A DNA stretch of 64,000 bases from a phage, in the sequence record PZ445437.1; one strand, 5' to 3'. The notes under the pieces were generated by a model that saw only the letters and a program-made list of their open reading frames with translations, had not been told where the DNA came from and ran no database searches. A program made the translations under genes and the position numbers. This document shows, in pieces, positions 51,477 through 63,441 of the stretch (position 1 is the first letter of the stretch; every line of letters starts with the position of its first letter).

Positions 51477-52130
51477 TCAATACTTGCAAGATTTCACAGT
51501 TTCAATGAAAACATTTTTAGCTTTCTGTGAATCAATATTTAAAATTTTTCTATAAGCCTTTAACTTTATAGAATAATTATTCCAGACTAAATTATCAGTC
51601 TGTTCATCATGTTTATCAATTATATTTAAAAATGAATCAAGCAAGATAAACGTCTCAAACGAAATTATGTTCGACTGAAGCAGTTTAAAAATATAACTTG
51701 ATTGAACTTTTGGATTATATTCAAAGATTTCTTTAAAAGCAGAAACTTCAACTTTTTTACTAAAATAATAAATGTTGCGAATATCTTCTTCAAACTTAAA
51801 TTTAATTTGCTTTAAGCGTCCGATATATTCACGATAAAACACAAGTGCATCAGCGTCAGAGATGTCACCAATCCAAGCATCTTGGTTAGCAACCAAATTG
51901 CTTATAAAGATTAAAGCAAGTTCCTTTAATTTATATTTTTCTGATAACTTCTGGAAAAAATACTTATCCCTTCGCTTTTGATAAGCAGCATCAGACACCC
52001 GCATGCACCAATTATACTTAATAACATCATACTTTCCATTCATATGCTGTTTTATCATTAAGTATAATTTATAAACTGATTTACCATCAATGTATCTTTC
52101 ACCACCAGCAGGCATGCGGAGTTTAATCAT
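51477..52130 (-). CDS. 59: helicase loader gp59
   Basis: 217-aa ORF recognised as T4 gp59 (MIKLRMPAGGERYIDGKSVYKLYLMIKQHMNGKYDVIKYNW...). Confidence 0.95.
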   Translation of the reverse strand: MIKLRMPAGGERYIDGKSVYKLYLMIKQHMNGKYDVIKYNWCMRVSDAAYQKRRDKYFFQKLSEKYKLKELALIFISNLVANQDAWIGDISDADALVFYREYIGRLKQIKFKFEEDIRNIYYFSKKVEVSAFKEIFEYNPKVQSSYIFKLLQSNIISFETFILLDSFLNIIDKHDEQTDNLVWNNYSIKLKAYRKILNIDSQKAKNVFIETVKSCKY

Positions 52131-52465
52131 AGCAGAAAATCTAATGTATTAGTTTTTTCACAACGAACAACAGAAGGACGTAAAAGATTTTCGTCAATAG
52201 CTTCTGACTGAATTTTTTCAATTATACCCGAAGGAATAAATTTAGCAAATTGAGTTTCAGGAATAGAGTTTTCTTCTAAGAATGCTGTCGTAGCTTCAAG
52301 ATAACTCATTCCAAACTCTTCTACCATTTTTTCAATAATAAATCCATTTTCTTGACGATCAAGAAGCTTTGCTATTTCATCCTTTTCTTTCTTGATTGAA
52401 AGTTCTTTTTCTGAAAGACCGGTCTCATCGACCGGGCGAATATCATTTAGAGAAAACTGTGTCAT
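52127..52465 (-). CDS. 33: late transcription co-activator gp33
   Basis: 112 aa from ATG 52465 (MTQFSLNDIRPVDETGLSEKELSIKKEKDEIAK...); ORF-track start is TTG. Confidence 0.92.
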   Translation of the reverse strand: MTQFSLNDIRPVDETGLSEKELSIKKEKDEIAKLLDRQENGFIIEKMVEEFGMSYLEATTAFLEENSIPETQFAKFIPSGIIEKIQSEAIDENLLRPSVVRCEKTNTLDFLL

Positions 52466-52712
52466 AAAGTTCAACTACCTCTTCAGTTTCAGCTTCAAAC
52501 ACATCACGGTTATCTTTATGATACAAAGCTAATAGACGATTAAACATCTTACCATCAACGCCAAGTTCATCTTTGGCACGAATTCGAATATCTTTAATCA
52601 GTTCATTATAACCGGAAATTTTCAGTTTATGATCAGATGCTTCTTTAATAAATTTAGCCAAGTCTTCGCCATGGATAGCTTCATCAAATTCAACCATTTC
52701 TTTTTTAGCCAT
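52443..52712 (-). CDS. dsbA: double-stranded DNA-binding protein DsbA
   Basis: 89-aa ORF (MAKKEMVEFDEAIHGEDLAKFIKEASDHKLKISGYNELIKDIRIR...) as T4 DsbA. Confidence 0.92.
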   Translation of the reverse strand: MAKKEMVEFDEAIHGEDLAKFIKEASDHKLKISGYNELIKDIRIRAKDELGVDGKMFNRLLALYHKDNRDVFEAETEEVVELYDTVFSK

Positions 52713-52720
52713 TATTCACC

Positions 52721-53638
52721 TCAAAATTCATTAATGCTATTAGTTAATTTAGAAAGACCCGCTTTTACAAAATATGAATAAATTTTGCCACGCGGTGGTA
52801 ATTTATATGAATTATAGTAATTCACAATGTTTGAAGCAATATTATCAGGAATATAATCAAAATCAATTAGAACTAAATTTTCTTTATAACGATTATATTC
52901 AGATTCTGTGAGAAGCACCTTAGCTTGCTCACGGTCATTAGCAATAGCTTCAACGATTGAAGTTTTCATTGAAGGAGTTCGTTCACCTTCAACTCTGGTA
53001 AACCAAAAGTCAGATCGTACTTTAACTGAAGCAACGTTATCCTTTTTGTCGCCTTTAAGGATTTTAGTCATGCAATCAATTTCAGCAGAACCGCTTTTAA
53101 TTTTAACCCATTTCTTATGCATCGGTGACCATTGCTTAACATTTGGATATTTGTGAAGCTGTGTAAAGTCACCATCCGATGAAATGATTAAAATCTTGTG
53201 TCCTTCTAAAGAGAACTTTTTAACAAGAACAGCAATGTGGTCATCCGCTTCATACTTATCAATATCCATAACAATGTATGGCATATAAGCTTTCAATTCA
53301 TCTATAACTTTATGGCTGGATTCAAAATAACCTTCCCAGTCCCAAGTAGATTCTTCTCGTGCTTTTCCACGGTTTTTCTTATAATAATAAGCGAAATCAC
53401 GACGCCAGTATCCAGATTTCGCGTTATCAATACACAGTACAATTTTAGTGTATCCAAGCGTTTTTGCTTTTTTGACATTAAACTTAATTGAGTTCAATAT
53501 CAAATGACGAACCATTGATAAATTAATTTTTTCTTTATCTGGGAAGTTTACTAAAGCAGTTGAAAGCGCAATTTGACTAAAGTCAATAAAGCAAATTCCT
53601 TCTTTGTAATCTTCATCCAACATCATTTCTAAATCCAT
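52721..53638 (-). CDS. rnh: RNase H (5'-3' exonuclease, FEN-1 family)
   Basis: 305 aa from ATG 53638 (MDLEMMLDEDYKEGIC...), GAGG SD; upstream ATG 53653 lies too close to predicted TSS. Confidence 0.94.
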   Translation of the reverse strand: MDLEMMLDEDYKEGICFIDFSQIALSTALVNFPDKEKINLSMVRHLILNSIKFNVKKAKTLGYTKIVLCIDNAKSGYWRRDFAYYYKKNRGKAREESTWDWEGYFESSHKVIDELKAYMPYIVMDIDKYEADDHIAVLVKKFSLEGHKILIISSDGDFTQLHKYPNVKQWSPMHKKWVKIKSGSAEIDCMTKILKGDKKDNVASVKVRSDFWFTRVEGERTPSMKTSIVEAIANDREQAKVLLTESEYNRYKENLVLIDFDYIPDNIASNIVNYYNSYKLPPRGKIYSYFVKAGLSKLTNSINEF

Positions 53639-53667
53639 ATGAACCTCGTTCAATTAGTGAGATTTCT

Positions 53668-53696
53668 ATTATATACCATCCAAATCTTAAAGTAAA
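53668..53696 (-). promoter_or_regulatory. sigma70-type early promoter (TTTACT-17-TATAAT) for rnh
   Basis: minus GTTTACT ttaagatttggatggta TATAAT; 6-bp inverted repeat AGATTT/AAATCT brackets -10. Confidence 0.6.
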
Positions 53697-53700
53697 CAAG

Positions 53701-53708
53701 TATAAATA
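53701..53708 (+). promoter_or_regulatory. late promoter TATAAATA upstream of gene 34
   Basis: exact motif 35 nt upstream of ATG 53743. Confidence 0.6.
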
Positions 53709-53742
53709 CTTATTATTGAAAACACAATAGGAGCCCGGGAGA

Positions 53743-56700
53743 ATGGCCGAGATTAAAAGAAAGTTCAGAGCAGAAGACGGTCTGGACGCAGGTGGCGATA
53801 AAATAATCAACGTAGCTTTAGCTGATCGTACCGTAGGAACTGACGGTGTTAACGTTGATTACTTAATTCAAGAAAACACAGTTCAACAATATGATCCAAC
53901 TCGTGGATATTTAAAAGATTTTGTAATCATTTATGATAACCGCTTTTGGGCTGCTATAAATGATATTCCAAAACCGGCAGGAGCTTTTAATAGCGGGCGC
54001 TGGAGAGCATTACGTACAGACGCAAACTGGATTACGGTTTCATCTGGTTCATATCAATTAAAATCCGGTGAAGCTATTTCGGTTAATACTGCAACTGGAA
54101 ATGACATCACGTTTACTTTACCATCTTCTCCAATTGATGGAGATACTATCGTTCTCCAAGATATTGGAGGAAAACCTGGAGTTAACCAAGTTTTAATTGT
54201 AGCTCCAGTACAAAGTATTGTAAACTTTAGAGGTGAACAAGTACGTTCAGTACTAATGACTCATCCAAAGTCACAGCTAGTTTTAATTTTTAGTAATCGT
54301 CTGTGGCAAATGTATGTCGCTGATTATAGTAGAGAAGCTGTAGTTGTAACACCAGCGAATACTTATCAAGCGCAATCTAATGATTTTATCGTGCGTAGAT
54401 TTACTTCTGCTGCACCAATTAATGTTAAACTTCCAAGATTTGCTAATCATGGCGATATTATTAATTTCGTCGATTTAGATAAACTGAATCCACTTTATCA
54501 TACAATTGTTACTACATACGATGAAACGACTTCAGTACAAGAAGTTGGAACTCATTCCATTGAAGGCCGTACATCGATTGACGGTTTCTTGATGTTTGAT
54601 GATAATGAGAAATTGTGGAGATTGTTTGACGGGGATAGTAAAGCACGTTTACGCATTATAACGACTAATTCTAATATTCGTCCAAACGAAGAAGTTATGG
54701 TATTTGGTGCGAATAACGGAACAACTCAGACAATTGAACTTCAGCTTCCTACTGATATTTCTGTTGGTGATACTGTTAAAATTTCCATGAATTACATGAG
54801 AAAAGGACAAACAGTTAAAATCAAAGCTGCAGGTGAAGATAAAATTGCTTCTTCAGTTCAATTGCTGCAATTCCCAAAACGCTCAGAATATCCACCTGAA
54901 GCTGAATGGGTTACAGTTCAAGAATTAGTTTTTAACGGTGAAACTAATTATGTTCCAGTTTTACAACTTGCTTATATAGAAGATTCTGATGGAAAATACT
55001 GGGTTGTACAGCAAAACGTTCCAACTGTAGAAAGAGTTGATTCTTTAAATGATTCTACTAGAGCAAGATTAGGCGTAATTGCTTTAGCTACACAAGCTCA
55101 AGCTAATGTCGATTTAGAAAATTCTCCACAAAAAGAATTAGCAATTACTCCAGAAACATTAGCTAACCGTACTGCTACAGAAACTCGTAGAGGTATCGCA
55201 AGAATAGCAACTACTGCTCAAGTGAATCAGAACACCACATTCTCTTTTGCTGATGATATTATCATCACTCCTAAAAAGCTGAATGAAAGAACTGCTACAG
55301 AAACTCGCAGAGGTGTCGCAGAAATTGCTACGCAGCAGGAAACTAATACAGGTACTGATGATACTACAATCATTACTCCTAAAAAGCTTCAAGCTCGTCA
55401 AGGTTCTGAATCATTATCTGGTATTGTAACTTTTGTATCTACTGCAGGTGCTACTCCAGCTTCTAGCCGTGAATTAAATGGTACGAATGTTTATAATAAA
55501 AACACTAATAATTTAGTTGTTTCACCTAAAGCTTTGGATCAGTATAAAGCTACTCCAACACAGCAAGGTGCAGTAATTTTAGCAGTTGAAAGTGAAGTAA
55601 TTGCTGGACAAAGCCAAGAAGGATGGGCAAATGCTGTTGTAACGCCAGAAACGTTACACAAAAAGACATCAACTGATGGAAGAATTGGTTTAATTGAAAT
55701 TGCTACACAAAGTGAAGTTAATACAGGAACTGATTATACTCGTGCAGTCACTCCTAAAACTTTAAATGACCGTAGAGCAACTGAAGGTTTAAGTGGTATA
55801 GCTGAAATTGCTACACAAGTTGAATTCGACGCAGGCGTCGACGATACTCGTATCTCTACACCATTAAAAATTAAAACCAGATTTAATAGTACTGATCGTA
55901 CTTCTGTTGTTGCTCTATCTGGATTGGTTGAATCAGGAACTCTCTGGGACCATTATACCCTTAATATTCTTGAAGCAAATGAGACACAGCGTGGCACACT
56001 TCGTGTAGCTACACAAGTTGAAGCTGCTGCAGGAACATTAGATAATGTTTTAATAACTCCTAAAAAGCTTTTAGGTACTAAATCTACCGAATCACAAGAA
56101 GGTGTTATTAAAGTTGCAACTCAGTCTGAAACTGTGACTGGAACATCAGCAAATACTGCTGTATCTCCAAAAAATTTAAAATGGATTGTGCAGAGTGAAC
56201 CTACCTGGGCAGCTACTACTGCGATAAGAGGTTTTGTTAAAACTTCATCTGGTTCAATTACATTCGTTGGTAATGATACAGTCGGTTCTACTCAGGATTT
56301 AGAGCTATATGAGAAAAATAGCTATGCAGTATCACCATATGAATTAAACCGTGTATTAGCAAATTATTTGCCGTTAAAAGCAAAAGCTGCTGATACAAAT
56401 TTATTGGATGGTCTAGATTCATCTCAGTTCATTCGTAGGGATATTGCACAGACGGTTAATGGTTCACTAACCTTAACCCAACAAACGAATCTGAGTGCCC
56501 CTCTTGTATCATCTAGTACTGCTGCGTTTGGTGGTTCAGTTTCGGCAAATAGTACATTAACTATTTCTAATACTGGAACGGCAACTCGTCTGATTTTTGA
56601 AAAAGGACCTCAAACTGGAACTAACCCAGCACAGACGATGACTATAAGAGTTTGGGGAAATCAGTTTGGTGGCGGATCAGATACAACACGTTCTACTGTA

Positions 56701-57612
56701 TTTGAAGTTGGTGATGAAACATCTAATCACTTTTATTCTCAACGTAATAAAGCTGGTAATATTACGTTTAGCATTAATGGTACTGTGATGCCAATAAATG
56801 TTAACGCTTCCGGTTCATTGAATGCGAATGGCGTAGCAACATTTGGTAGTTCAGTTACAGCCAATGGTGAATTCATTAGCAAGTCTGCAAATGCTTTCAG
56901 AGCAATAAACGGTGATTATGGATTCTTTATCAGGAATGATGGCGGCAGCACATATTTTATGCTTACTGCATCTGGTGATCAGACCGGTGGATTTAATGGA
57001 TTACGTCCATTATCAATTAATAATCAATCCGGTCAAGTCACAATTGGTGAAAGCTTAATCATTGCCAAAGGTGCTACTATAAATTCAGGCGGTTTAACTG
57101 TTAACTCGAGAATTCGTTCTCAGGGTACTAAAACATCTGATTTATATACCCGCGCACCAACAACTGATACTGTAGGATTCTGGTCAATTGATATTAACGA
57201 TTCAGCCACTTATAACCAGTTCCCGGGTTATTTTAAAATGGTTGAAAAAACTAATGAAGTGACTGGGCTTCCATACTTAGAACGTGGCGAAGAAGTTAAA
57301 TCTCCTGGTACACTGACTCAGTTTGGTAACACACTTGATTCGCTTTACCAAGATTGGATTACTTATCCAACGACGCCAGAAGCGCGTACCACTCGCTGGA
57401 CACGTACATGGCAGAAAACCAAAAACTCTTGGTCAAGTTTTGTTCAGGTATTTGACGGAGGTAACCCTCCTCAGCCGTCTGATATCGGTGCTTTACCATC
57501 TGATAATGCTACAATGGGGAATCTTACTATTCGTGATTTCTTACGAATTGGTAATGTTCGCATTATTCCTGACCCAGTGAATAAAACGGTTAAATTTGAA
57601 TGGGTTGAATAA
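53743..57612 (+). CDS. 34: long tail fibre proximal subunit gp34
   Basis: 1289-aa ORF (MAEIKRKFRAEDGLDAGGDKIINVALADRTVGTDGVNVDYL...) as T4 gp34; internal ~40-aa tandem repeats. Confidence 0.96.
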   Translation: MAEIKRKFRAEDGLDAGGDKIINVALADRTVGTDGVNVDYLIQENTVQQYDPTRGYLKDFVIIYDNRFWAAINDIPKPAGAFNSGRWRALRTDANWITVSSGSYQLKSGEAISVNTATGNDITFTLPSSPIDGDTIVLQDIGGKPGVNQVLIVAPVQSIVNFRGEQVRSVLMTHPKSQLVLIFSNRLWQMYVADYSREAVVVTPANTYQAQSNDFIVRRFTSAAPINVKLPRFANHGDIINFVDLDKLNPLYHTIVTTYDETTSVQEVGTHSIEGRTSIDGFLMFDDNEKLWRLFDGDSKARLRIITTNSNIRPNEEVMVFGANNGTTQTIELQLPTDISVGDTVKISMNYMRKGQTVKIKAAGEDKIASSVQLLQFPKRSEYPPEAEWVTVQELVFNGETNYVPVLQLAYIEDSDGKYWVVQQNVPTVERVDSLNDSTRARLGVIALATQAQANVDLENSPQKELAITPETLANRTATETRRGIARIATTAQVNQNTTFSFADDIIITPKKLNERTATETRRGVAEIATQQETNTGTDDTTIITPKKLQARQGSESLSGIVTFVSTAGATPASSRELNGTNVYNKNTNNLVVSPKALDQYKATPTQQGAVILAVESEVIAGQSQEGWANAVVTPETLHKKTSTDGRIGLIEIATQSEVNTGTDYTRAVTPKTLNDRRATEGLSGIAEIATQVEFDAGVDDTRISTPLKIKTRFNSTDRTSVVALSGLVESGTLWDHYTLNILEANETQRGTLRVATQVEAAAGTLDNVLITPKKLLGTKSTESQEGVIKVATQSETVTGTSANTAVSPKNLKWIVQSEPTWAATTAIRGFVKTSSGSITFVGNDTVGSTQDLELYEKNSYAVSPYELNRVLANYLPLKAKAADTNLLDGLDSSQFIRRDIAQTVNGSLTLTQQTNLSAPLVSSSTAAFGGSVSANSTLTISNTGTATRLIFEKGPQTGTNPAQTMTIRVWGNQFGGGSDTTRSTVFEVGDETSNHFYSQRNKAGNITFSINGTVMPINVNASGSLNANGVATFGSSVTANGEFISKSANAFRAINGDYGFFIRNDGGSTYFMLTASGDQTGGFNGLRPLSINNQSGQVTIGESLIIAKGATINSGGLTVNSRIRSQGTKTSDLYTRAPTTDTVGFWSIDINDSATYNQFPGYFKMVEKTNEVTGLPYLERGEEVKSPGTLTQFGNTLDSLYQDWITYPTTPEARTTRWTRTWQKTKNSWSSFVQVFDGGNPPQPSDIGALPSDNATMGNLTIRDFLRIGNVRIIPDPVNKTVKFEWVE

Positions 57613-57620
57613 GAGGTATT

Positions 57621-58736
57621 ATGGAAAAATTTATGGCAGAGTTTGGACAAGGATATGTCCAAACTCCATTTTTATCGGAAAGCAATTCAGTAAGATACAA
57701 AATAAGTATAGCGGGTTCTTGCCCGCTTTCTACTGCAGGACCATATGTTAAATTTCAGGATAATCCTGTAGGAAATCAAACATTTAGCGCAGGTCTTCAT
57801 TTAAGAGTTTTTGACCCTTTCACAGGAGCATTAGTTGATAGTAAGTCATATGCTTTTTCGACTTCAAATGATACTACATCAGCTGCTTTTGTTAGTTTCA
57901 TGAATTCTTTGACGAATAATCGAATTGTTGCTATATTAACTAACGGAAAGGTTAATTTTCCTCCTGAAGTAGTATCTTGGTTAAGAACCGCCGGAACGTC
58001 TGCCTTTCCATCTGATTCTATATTGTCAAGATTTGACGTATCATATGCTGCTTTTTATACTTCTTCTAAAAGAGCTATTGCATTAGAGCATGTTAAACTG
58101 AGTAATAGAAAAAGCACAGATGATTATCAAACTATTTTAGATGTTGTATTTGACAGTTTAGAAGACGTCGGAGCTACCGGATTTCCAAGAAGAACGTATG
58201 AAAGTGTTGAGCAATTTATGTCGGCAGTCGGTGGAACTAATAACGAAATTGCGAGATTGCCAACTTCAGCTGCTATAAGTAAATTATCTGATTATAATTT
58301 AATTCCTGGTGATGTTCTTTATCTTAAAGCACAGCTATATGCTGATGCTGATTTACTTGCTCTTGGAACTACGAATATATCCATTCGATTTTATAATGCA
58401 TCTAATGGATATATTTCCTCGACACAAGCTGAGTTTACTGGGCAAGCTGGGTCATGGGAATTAAAGGAAGATTATGTAGTTGTTCCAGAAAACGCAGTAG
58501 GATTTACGATATATGCACAAAGAACTGCGCAAGCTGGCCAAGGTGGCATGAGAAATTTAAGCTTTTCTGAAGTATCAAGAAACGGCGGTATTTCAAAACC
58601 TGCTGAATTTGGCGTCAATGGTATTCGTGTTAATTATATCTGTGAATCTGCTTCACCTCCGGATATAATGGTACTTCCTACGCAAGCATCGTCTAAAGCT
58701 GGTAAAGTGTTTGGACAAGAATTTAGAGAAGTTTAA
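57621..58736 (+). CDS. 35: long tail fibre hinge connector gp35
   Basis: 371-aa ORF at gene 35 position. Confidence 0.9.
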   Translation: MEKFMAEFGQGYVQTPFLSESNSVRYKISIAGSCPLSTAGPYVKFQDNPVGNQTFSAGLHLRVFDPFTGALVDSKSYAFSTSNDTTSAAFVSFMNSLTNNRIVAILTNGKVNFPPEVVSWLRTAGTSAFPSDSILSRFDVSYAAFYTSSKRAIALEHVKLSNRKSTDDYQTILDVVFDSLEDVGATGFPRRTYESVEQFMSAVGGTNNEIARLPTSAAISKLSDYNLIPGDVLYLKAQLYADADLLALGTTNISIRFYNASNGYISSTQAEFTGQAGSWELKEDYVVVPENAVGFTIYAQRTAQAGQGGMRNLSFSEVSRNGGISKPAEFGVNGIRVNYICESASPPDIMVLPTQASSKAGKVFGQEFREV

Positions 58737-58743
58737 ATTGAGG

Positions 58744-58769
58744 GAGCCTTCGGGTTCCCTTTTTCTTTA
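58744..58769 (+). terminator. rho-independent terminator after gene 35
   Basis: GGGAGCC-TTCG-GGTTCCC hairpin + TTTTTCTTT. Confidence 0.7.
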
Positions 58770-58777
58770 TAAATACT
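58770..58777 (+). promoter_or_regulatory. late promoter TATAAATA upstream of gene 36
   Basis: exact motif 22 nt upstream of ATG 58799. Confidence 0.6.
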
Positions 58778-58798
58778 ATTAAAATAAAGGGGCATACA

Positions 58799-59464
58799 AT
58801 GGCTGATTTAAAAGTAGGTTCAACAACTGGAGGCTCTGTCATTTGGCATCAAGGAAATTTTCCATTGAATCCGGCCGGTGACGATGTACTCTATAAATCA
58901 TTTAAAATATATTCAGAATATAATAAACCACAAGCTGCTGATAACGATTTCGTTTCTAAAGCTAATGGTGGTACTTATGCATCAAAGGTAACATTTAACG
59001 GCGGTGTTCAAATACCATATGCTATAAACAATACAAATCAATCTGGTATTTATCCTGGTAATGGAGATGCAGCTACTTTTGTTACAGCAAATATTGATAT
59101 TGTTTCATGGTATGGCGTAGGATTTAAATCATCACAAGGATCTGCCGGTAGAACTGTAGTAATTAATACACGCAATGGTGATATTAGCACAAAAGGTGTT
59201 GTGTCGGCAGCTGGTCAAGTAAGAAGTGATGCGACTTCTCCTATAGCAGCGAATGACCTTACTAGAAAGGACTATGTTGATGGAGCAATAAATACTGTTA
59301 CAGCAAATGCGAACTCTAGAGTGTTGCGTTCTGGCGACACTATGACAGGTAATTTAACCGCGCCAAACTTTTTCTCACAGAATCCTGCATCTCAACCTTC
59401 ACATGTTCCACGATTTGACCAAATCGTAATTAAGGATTCTGTTCAAGATTTCGGCTATTATTAA
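58799..59464 (+). CDS. 36: long tail fibre distal connector gp36
   Basis: 221-aa ORF ([49 protein letters not shown]...) as T4 gp36. Confidence 0.93.
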   Translation: MADLKVGSTTGGSVIWHQGNFPLNPAGDDVLYKSFKIYSEYNKPQAADNDFVSKANGGTYASKVTFNGGVQIPYAINNTNQSGIYPGNGDAATFVTANIDIVSWYGVGFKSSQGSAGRTVVINTRNGDISTKGVVSAAGQVRSDATSPIAANDLTRKDYVDGAINTVTANANSRVLRSGDTMTGNLTAPNFFSQNPASQPSHVPRFDQIVIKDSVQDFGYY

Positions 59465-59472
59465 GAGGACTT

Positions 59473-62400
59473 ATGGCTACTTTAAAACAAATACAATTTA
59501 AAAGAAGCAAAACCGCAGGTGCACGTCCTGCTGCTTCAGTATTAGCCGAAGGTGAATTGGCTATAAACTTAAAAGATAGAACAATTTTTACTAAAGATGA
59601 TACAGGAAATATCATTGATCTAGGTATTGCTAAAGGCGGTCAAATTGATGGAAATGTAACTATTGATGGAACTTTACGCGTCAATGGACCAATAAACAAC
59701 TTTGGAAATTTTTCTACAAGTGGTACTATTACGGCAAGTAATATTGTTTCTGCTACAGTATTCAGATCAACATCTGGTTCATTTTATACAAGAGCAATAA
59801 ATGATACTGCAAATGCCCATCTTTGGTTTGAAAATACAAATGGCTCAGAACGTGGCGTTTTATATTCAAAACCGCAGTCTGAAAATGAAGGCGTAATTAC
59901 AATGCGTGTTCGTCAAGGAACCGCTGCGGGAGCTCAAAATTCAGAATTTCATTTCATTTCTACTGATGGCGGTATCTTCCAGGCACGCAAGCTAACTGCT
60001 TTAACTTCTATTAGTACACCAACTATTAGTGTTAATTTAATTAATCATGATTCTAAATCATTTGGACAATACGATTCACAGTCTTTGGTTAACTATGTTT
60101 ATCCTGGAACCGGTGAAACAAATGGTGTAAACTATCTTCGTAAAGTTCGCGCTAAGTCCGGTGGTACAATTTATCATGAAATTGTTACTGCCCAAACAGG
60201 CCTGGCTGATGAAGTTTCTTGGTGGACTGGTAATACACCATTATTTAAACTATACGGTATTCGTAACGACGGCAGAATGATTATCCGCAATAGCTTGGCC
60301 ATTGGTACTGTGACGCAAGGGTTTCCGTCAAGCGATTATGGCAATGTTGGGGCACTAGGAAATATATTTCTTGCTTTAGGTGATAATGGAACTGGTCTAG
60401 TTTATAGAAAAACCGGGGTATTTGATTTCGTTGGTTCTGGTTTATCTTTGGCATCTATTACTCCTGATAGTTTCCGTAGTACCCGTAAAGCGATTTTTGG
60501 TCGTTCCGAGGACCAAGGTACAACATGGATTATGCCTGGAACGAACGCTGCATTTTTATCAGTTCAAACACAAGCTGATACTAACACTGCTGGCGACGGC
60601 CAGACGCATATTGGCTATAACTCAGGCGGAAAAATGAACCACTATTTCCGTGGTAAAGGCAAAACTAATATTAATACCCAAGAAGGCATGGAAGTTAACC
60701 CGGGTATTCTTAAACTAGTGACTGGCTCTAATAATGTAATGTTTTATGCTGATGGCGGTATTACATCTGTTAAGCAGCTTTCAATATATAACGGCATATA
60801 TTTAGCAGCTAATAATTCTACTGCTGGGCTAACATTCGCTCCAACTACTACAGTTGATGGCACTAAGCAAATTTTGTGGGAAGGTGGTACTCGTGCTGGG
60901 CAGAATAAAAGCTATGTAACTGTTAAAGCATGGGGTAATTCATTTAACGCATCTGGCGATCGTTCCCGTGAAACGGTTTTTGAAGTATCAGATGGGCAAG
61001 GTTACCATTTTTATTCTCAGCGAGTTGCTCCCGGATCAGGTTCTACTGTCGGACCTATTCAATTTCGAGTTAATGGTGGTTTATTAACTTCAGGTAGTAT
61101 TGTTGCTTCTGGTTCTATTACAACTGAATCTTCTTTAAATGTTAATAATGGATTGTCTGTAAATGGACAAGCTAAATTTGGTGGAACAGCAAACGCATTG
61201 AGAATTTGGAACGCCGAATATGGCGCTATTTTCCGTCGTTCAGAAAGTAATTTTTATATTATTCCAACCAATCAAAATGAAGGCGAAAGTGGAGACATTC
61301 ACAGCTCTTTAAGACCTGTGAGAATAGGATTAAGCGATGGCATGGTTGGGTTAGGAAGAGATTCTTTTATAGTAGATCAAAATAATGCTTTAACTACTAT
61401 AAACAGTAACTCTCGCATTAATGCCAACTTTAGAATGCAATTGGGGAAGTCGACATATATTGATGCAGAATGCACTGATGCCGTTAGACCCGCAGGGGCT
61501 GGTTCATTTGCTTCGCAAAATAATGAAAACGTCCGTGCTCCGTTCTATATGAATATTAATCGCACAGATACAAGTACTTACGTTCCAATTGTTAAACAGA
61601 GATACGTACAAAATAATAGTTGCTATTCTATTGGTACTTTAATTAATGGCGGTAATTTTAGAGTTCATTATCATGAAGGTGGTGATGGCGGTTCTACTGG
61701 CGCGATTATAAAGGATTTAGGTTGGGAATTTAATAAAAATGGTGATTTTTACTCTCCTGGTAAATTAGGTGCTGGAAATATTCGTATCGGAACAGACGGT
61801 AATATCACGGGTGGTTCTGGTAATTTTGCTAACTTGAATACCACATTAAACCGTAAGGTCAATTCCGGATTTGTAACATACGGTGCAACTGCTGGATGGT
61901 ATAAATTCGCTACAGTAACGATGCCACAATCTACTTCTACTGTTTCATTTACTATAACTGGTGGTAAAGGATTTAATACCGGACTGTTTACACAGTGTGC
62001 TATAACAGAAATTGTTCTTCGTACTGGCAATGACCGCCCAGCAGGTTTAAACGCCGTGATGTATACCAGAACAGCTGCAGGTCTTACTGATATTGCTGTA
62101 GTTAATACCTCAGGAAATACATATGATATCTATGTTGAATCGGGTACTTATGCCAACCAATTAGCTTATACTTGGCATACAGTTGATAATGCTACCGTAG
62201 AAGTTATCGGCGCTTTTGGTCCTACTCAAAACCCAGTAGATTCTTTGCCGGTTGATTATGTTAAAGGTCAAGTAGCTAACATGCTTAACAACCTGGTAGA
62301 CACTGGTAAAGTAAAACGCTATGTAGCAGAGTCGGAAATTGCTATTAATAACCCAACTGGTATTCGTATTACGAGTAATTCTGATAGATCAGGTTCTAAT

Positions 62401-63411
62401 TCCGTTTTATTTCGAAATGACGGTGGAAGCTTCTATATTTTACTGACCGACAAAAACTCTTCAGACGGCGATAATAAAGCAACTGAAGGTGATTGGAATG
62501 GAAAACGACCATTTTCAATTGATATGACTGCTGGTACTGTTCGTCTTGGCGAAAATACTTCTTTTGGTAAAGATGTTACTATTGATGGAAGCATTAATTC
62601 ACGAGTTAAAGTTGTCGGACAGTGGAATGTTAGCTTTTCTGATATTTCAGATGTGACTCGTGACCGTTCTGCATTTTTAGTGAATACGGGTGGCATTTCC
62701 AAGACAAGTCAATCTTATTACCCGCTATTTTCTGGATACAGTTTTTTAACTGACGCAGGTTATCGACAATCGTTTGAATTTGGATGGTTAGGTGTTTCTG
62801 GTACTTGGCGTCAAGGCATTATTCGCATGCGTGGTGACAACCCATCGGGGCAACAGGCTCGTTGGACTTTTGATATGGACGGAACATTTTATGCTCCTAT
62901 ACTATCATGCGGATCTGCGAGAGCATTCGGTGTCAATGCATCAAATGGTCTCGGTGGAAACAGTATAACATTTGGTGATAGCGATACTGGTATTAAGCAA
63001 AATGGCGATGGATTATTAGACATATATGCGAACAGCGTACAAGTGTTCCGTTTCCAAAACGGTGATTTGTACTCATACAAAAATATAAATGCTCCAAACG
63101 TTTATATTCGTTCTGATATTCGTTTAAAATCCAACTTCAAACCTATCGAAAATGCACTTGATAAAGTTGAAAAACTTAACGGTGTCATTTACGATAAAGC
63201 TGAATACATCGGTGGAGAGGCAATTGAAACTGAAGCTGGTATTATAGCTCAAACGTTACAAGACGTTTTACCAGAAGCTGTCCGTGAAACAGAAGACAGT
63301 AAGGGTAATAAAATACTCACTGTTTCTTCTCAAGCCCAGATTGCTCTTCTAGTTGAAGCTGTGAAAACACTTTCTTCTCGTGTAAAAGAACTTGAATCTA
63401 AACTTATGTAA
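59473..63411 (+). CDS. 37: long tail fibre distal subunit gp37, T2-type with C-terminal intramolecular chaperone domain
   Basis: 1312-aa ORF; N-terminus [39 protein letters not shown] as gp37; C-terminal ~110 aa resemble autoproteolytic chaperone domains of other phage fibres. Confidence 0.93.
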   Translation: MATLKQIQFKRSKTAGARPAASVLAEGELAINLKDRTIFTKDDTGNIIDLGIAKGGQIDGNVTIDGTLRVNGPINNFGNFSTSGTITASNIVSATVFRSTSGSFYTRAINDTANAHLWFENTNGSERGVLYSKPQSENEGVITMRVRQGTAAGAQNSEFHFISTDGGIFQARKLTALTSISTPTISVNLINHDSKSFGQYDSQSLVNYVYPGTGETNGVNYLRKVRAKSGGTIYHEIVTAQTGLADEVSWWTGNTPLFKLYGIRNDGRMIIRNSLAIGTVTQGFPSSDYGNVGALGNIFLALGDNGTGLVYRKTGVFDFVGSGLSLASITPDSFRSTRKAIFGRSEDQGTTWIMPGTNAAFLSVQTQADTNTAGDGQTHIGYNSGGKMNHYFRGKGKTNINTQEGMEVNPGILKLVTGSNNVMFYADGGITSVKQLSIYNGIYLAANNSTAGLTFAPTTTVDGTKQILWEGGTRAGQNKSYVTVKAWGNSFNASGDRSRETVFEVSDGQGYHFYSQRVAPGSGSTVGPIQFRVNGGLLTSGSIVASGSITTESSLNVNNGLSVNGQAKFGGTANALRIWNAEYGAIFRRSESNFYIIPTNQNEGESGDIHSSLRPVRIGLSDGMVGLGRDSFIVDQNNALTTINSNSRINANFRMQLGKSTYIDAECTDAVRPAGAGSFASQNNENVRAPFYMNINRTDTSTYVPIVKQRYVQNNSCYSIGTLINGGNFRVHYHEGGDGGSTGAIIKDLGWEFNKNGDFYSPGKLGAGNIRIGTDGNITGGSGNFANLNTTLNRKVNSGFVTYGATAGWYKFATVTMPQSTSTVSFTITGGKGFNTGLFTQCAITEIVLRTGNDRPAGLNAVMYTRTAAGLTDIAVVNTSGNTYDIYVESGTYANQLAYTWHTVDNATVEVIGAFGPTQNPVDSLPVDYVKGQVANMLNNLVDTGKVKRYVAESEIAINNPTGIRITSNSDRSGSNSVLFRNDGGSFYILLTDKNSSDGDNKATEGDWNGKRPFSIDMTAGTVRLGENTSFGKDVTIDGSINSRVKVVGQWNVSFSDISDVTRDRSAFLVNTGGISKTSQSYYPLFSGYSFLTDAGYRQSFEFGWLGVSGTWRQGIIRMRGDNPSGQQARWTFDMDGTFYAPILSCGSARAFGVNASNGLGGNSITFGDSDTGIKQNGDGLLDIYANSVQVFRFQNGDLYSYKNINAPNVYIRSDIRLKSNFKPIENALDKVEKLNGVIYDKAEYIGGEAIETEAGIIAQTLQDVLPEAVRETEDSKGNKILTVSSQAQIALLVEAVKTLSSRVKELESKLM

Positions 63412-63441
63412 AGGAGGGCTTCGGCCCTCTAAGGATTTTTA

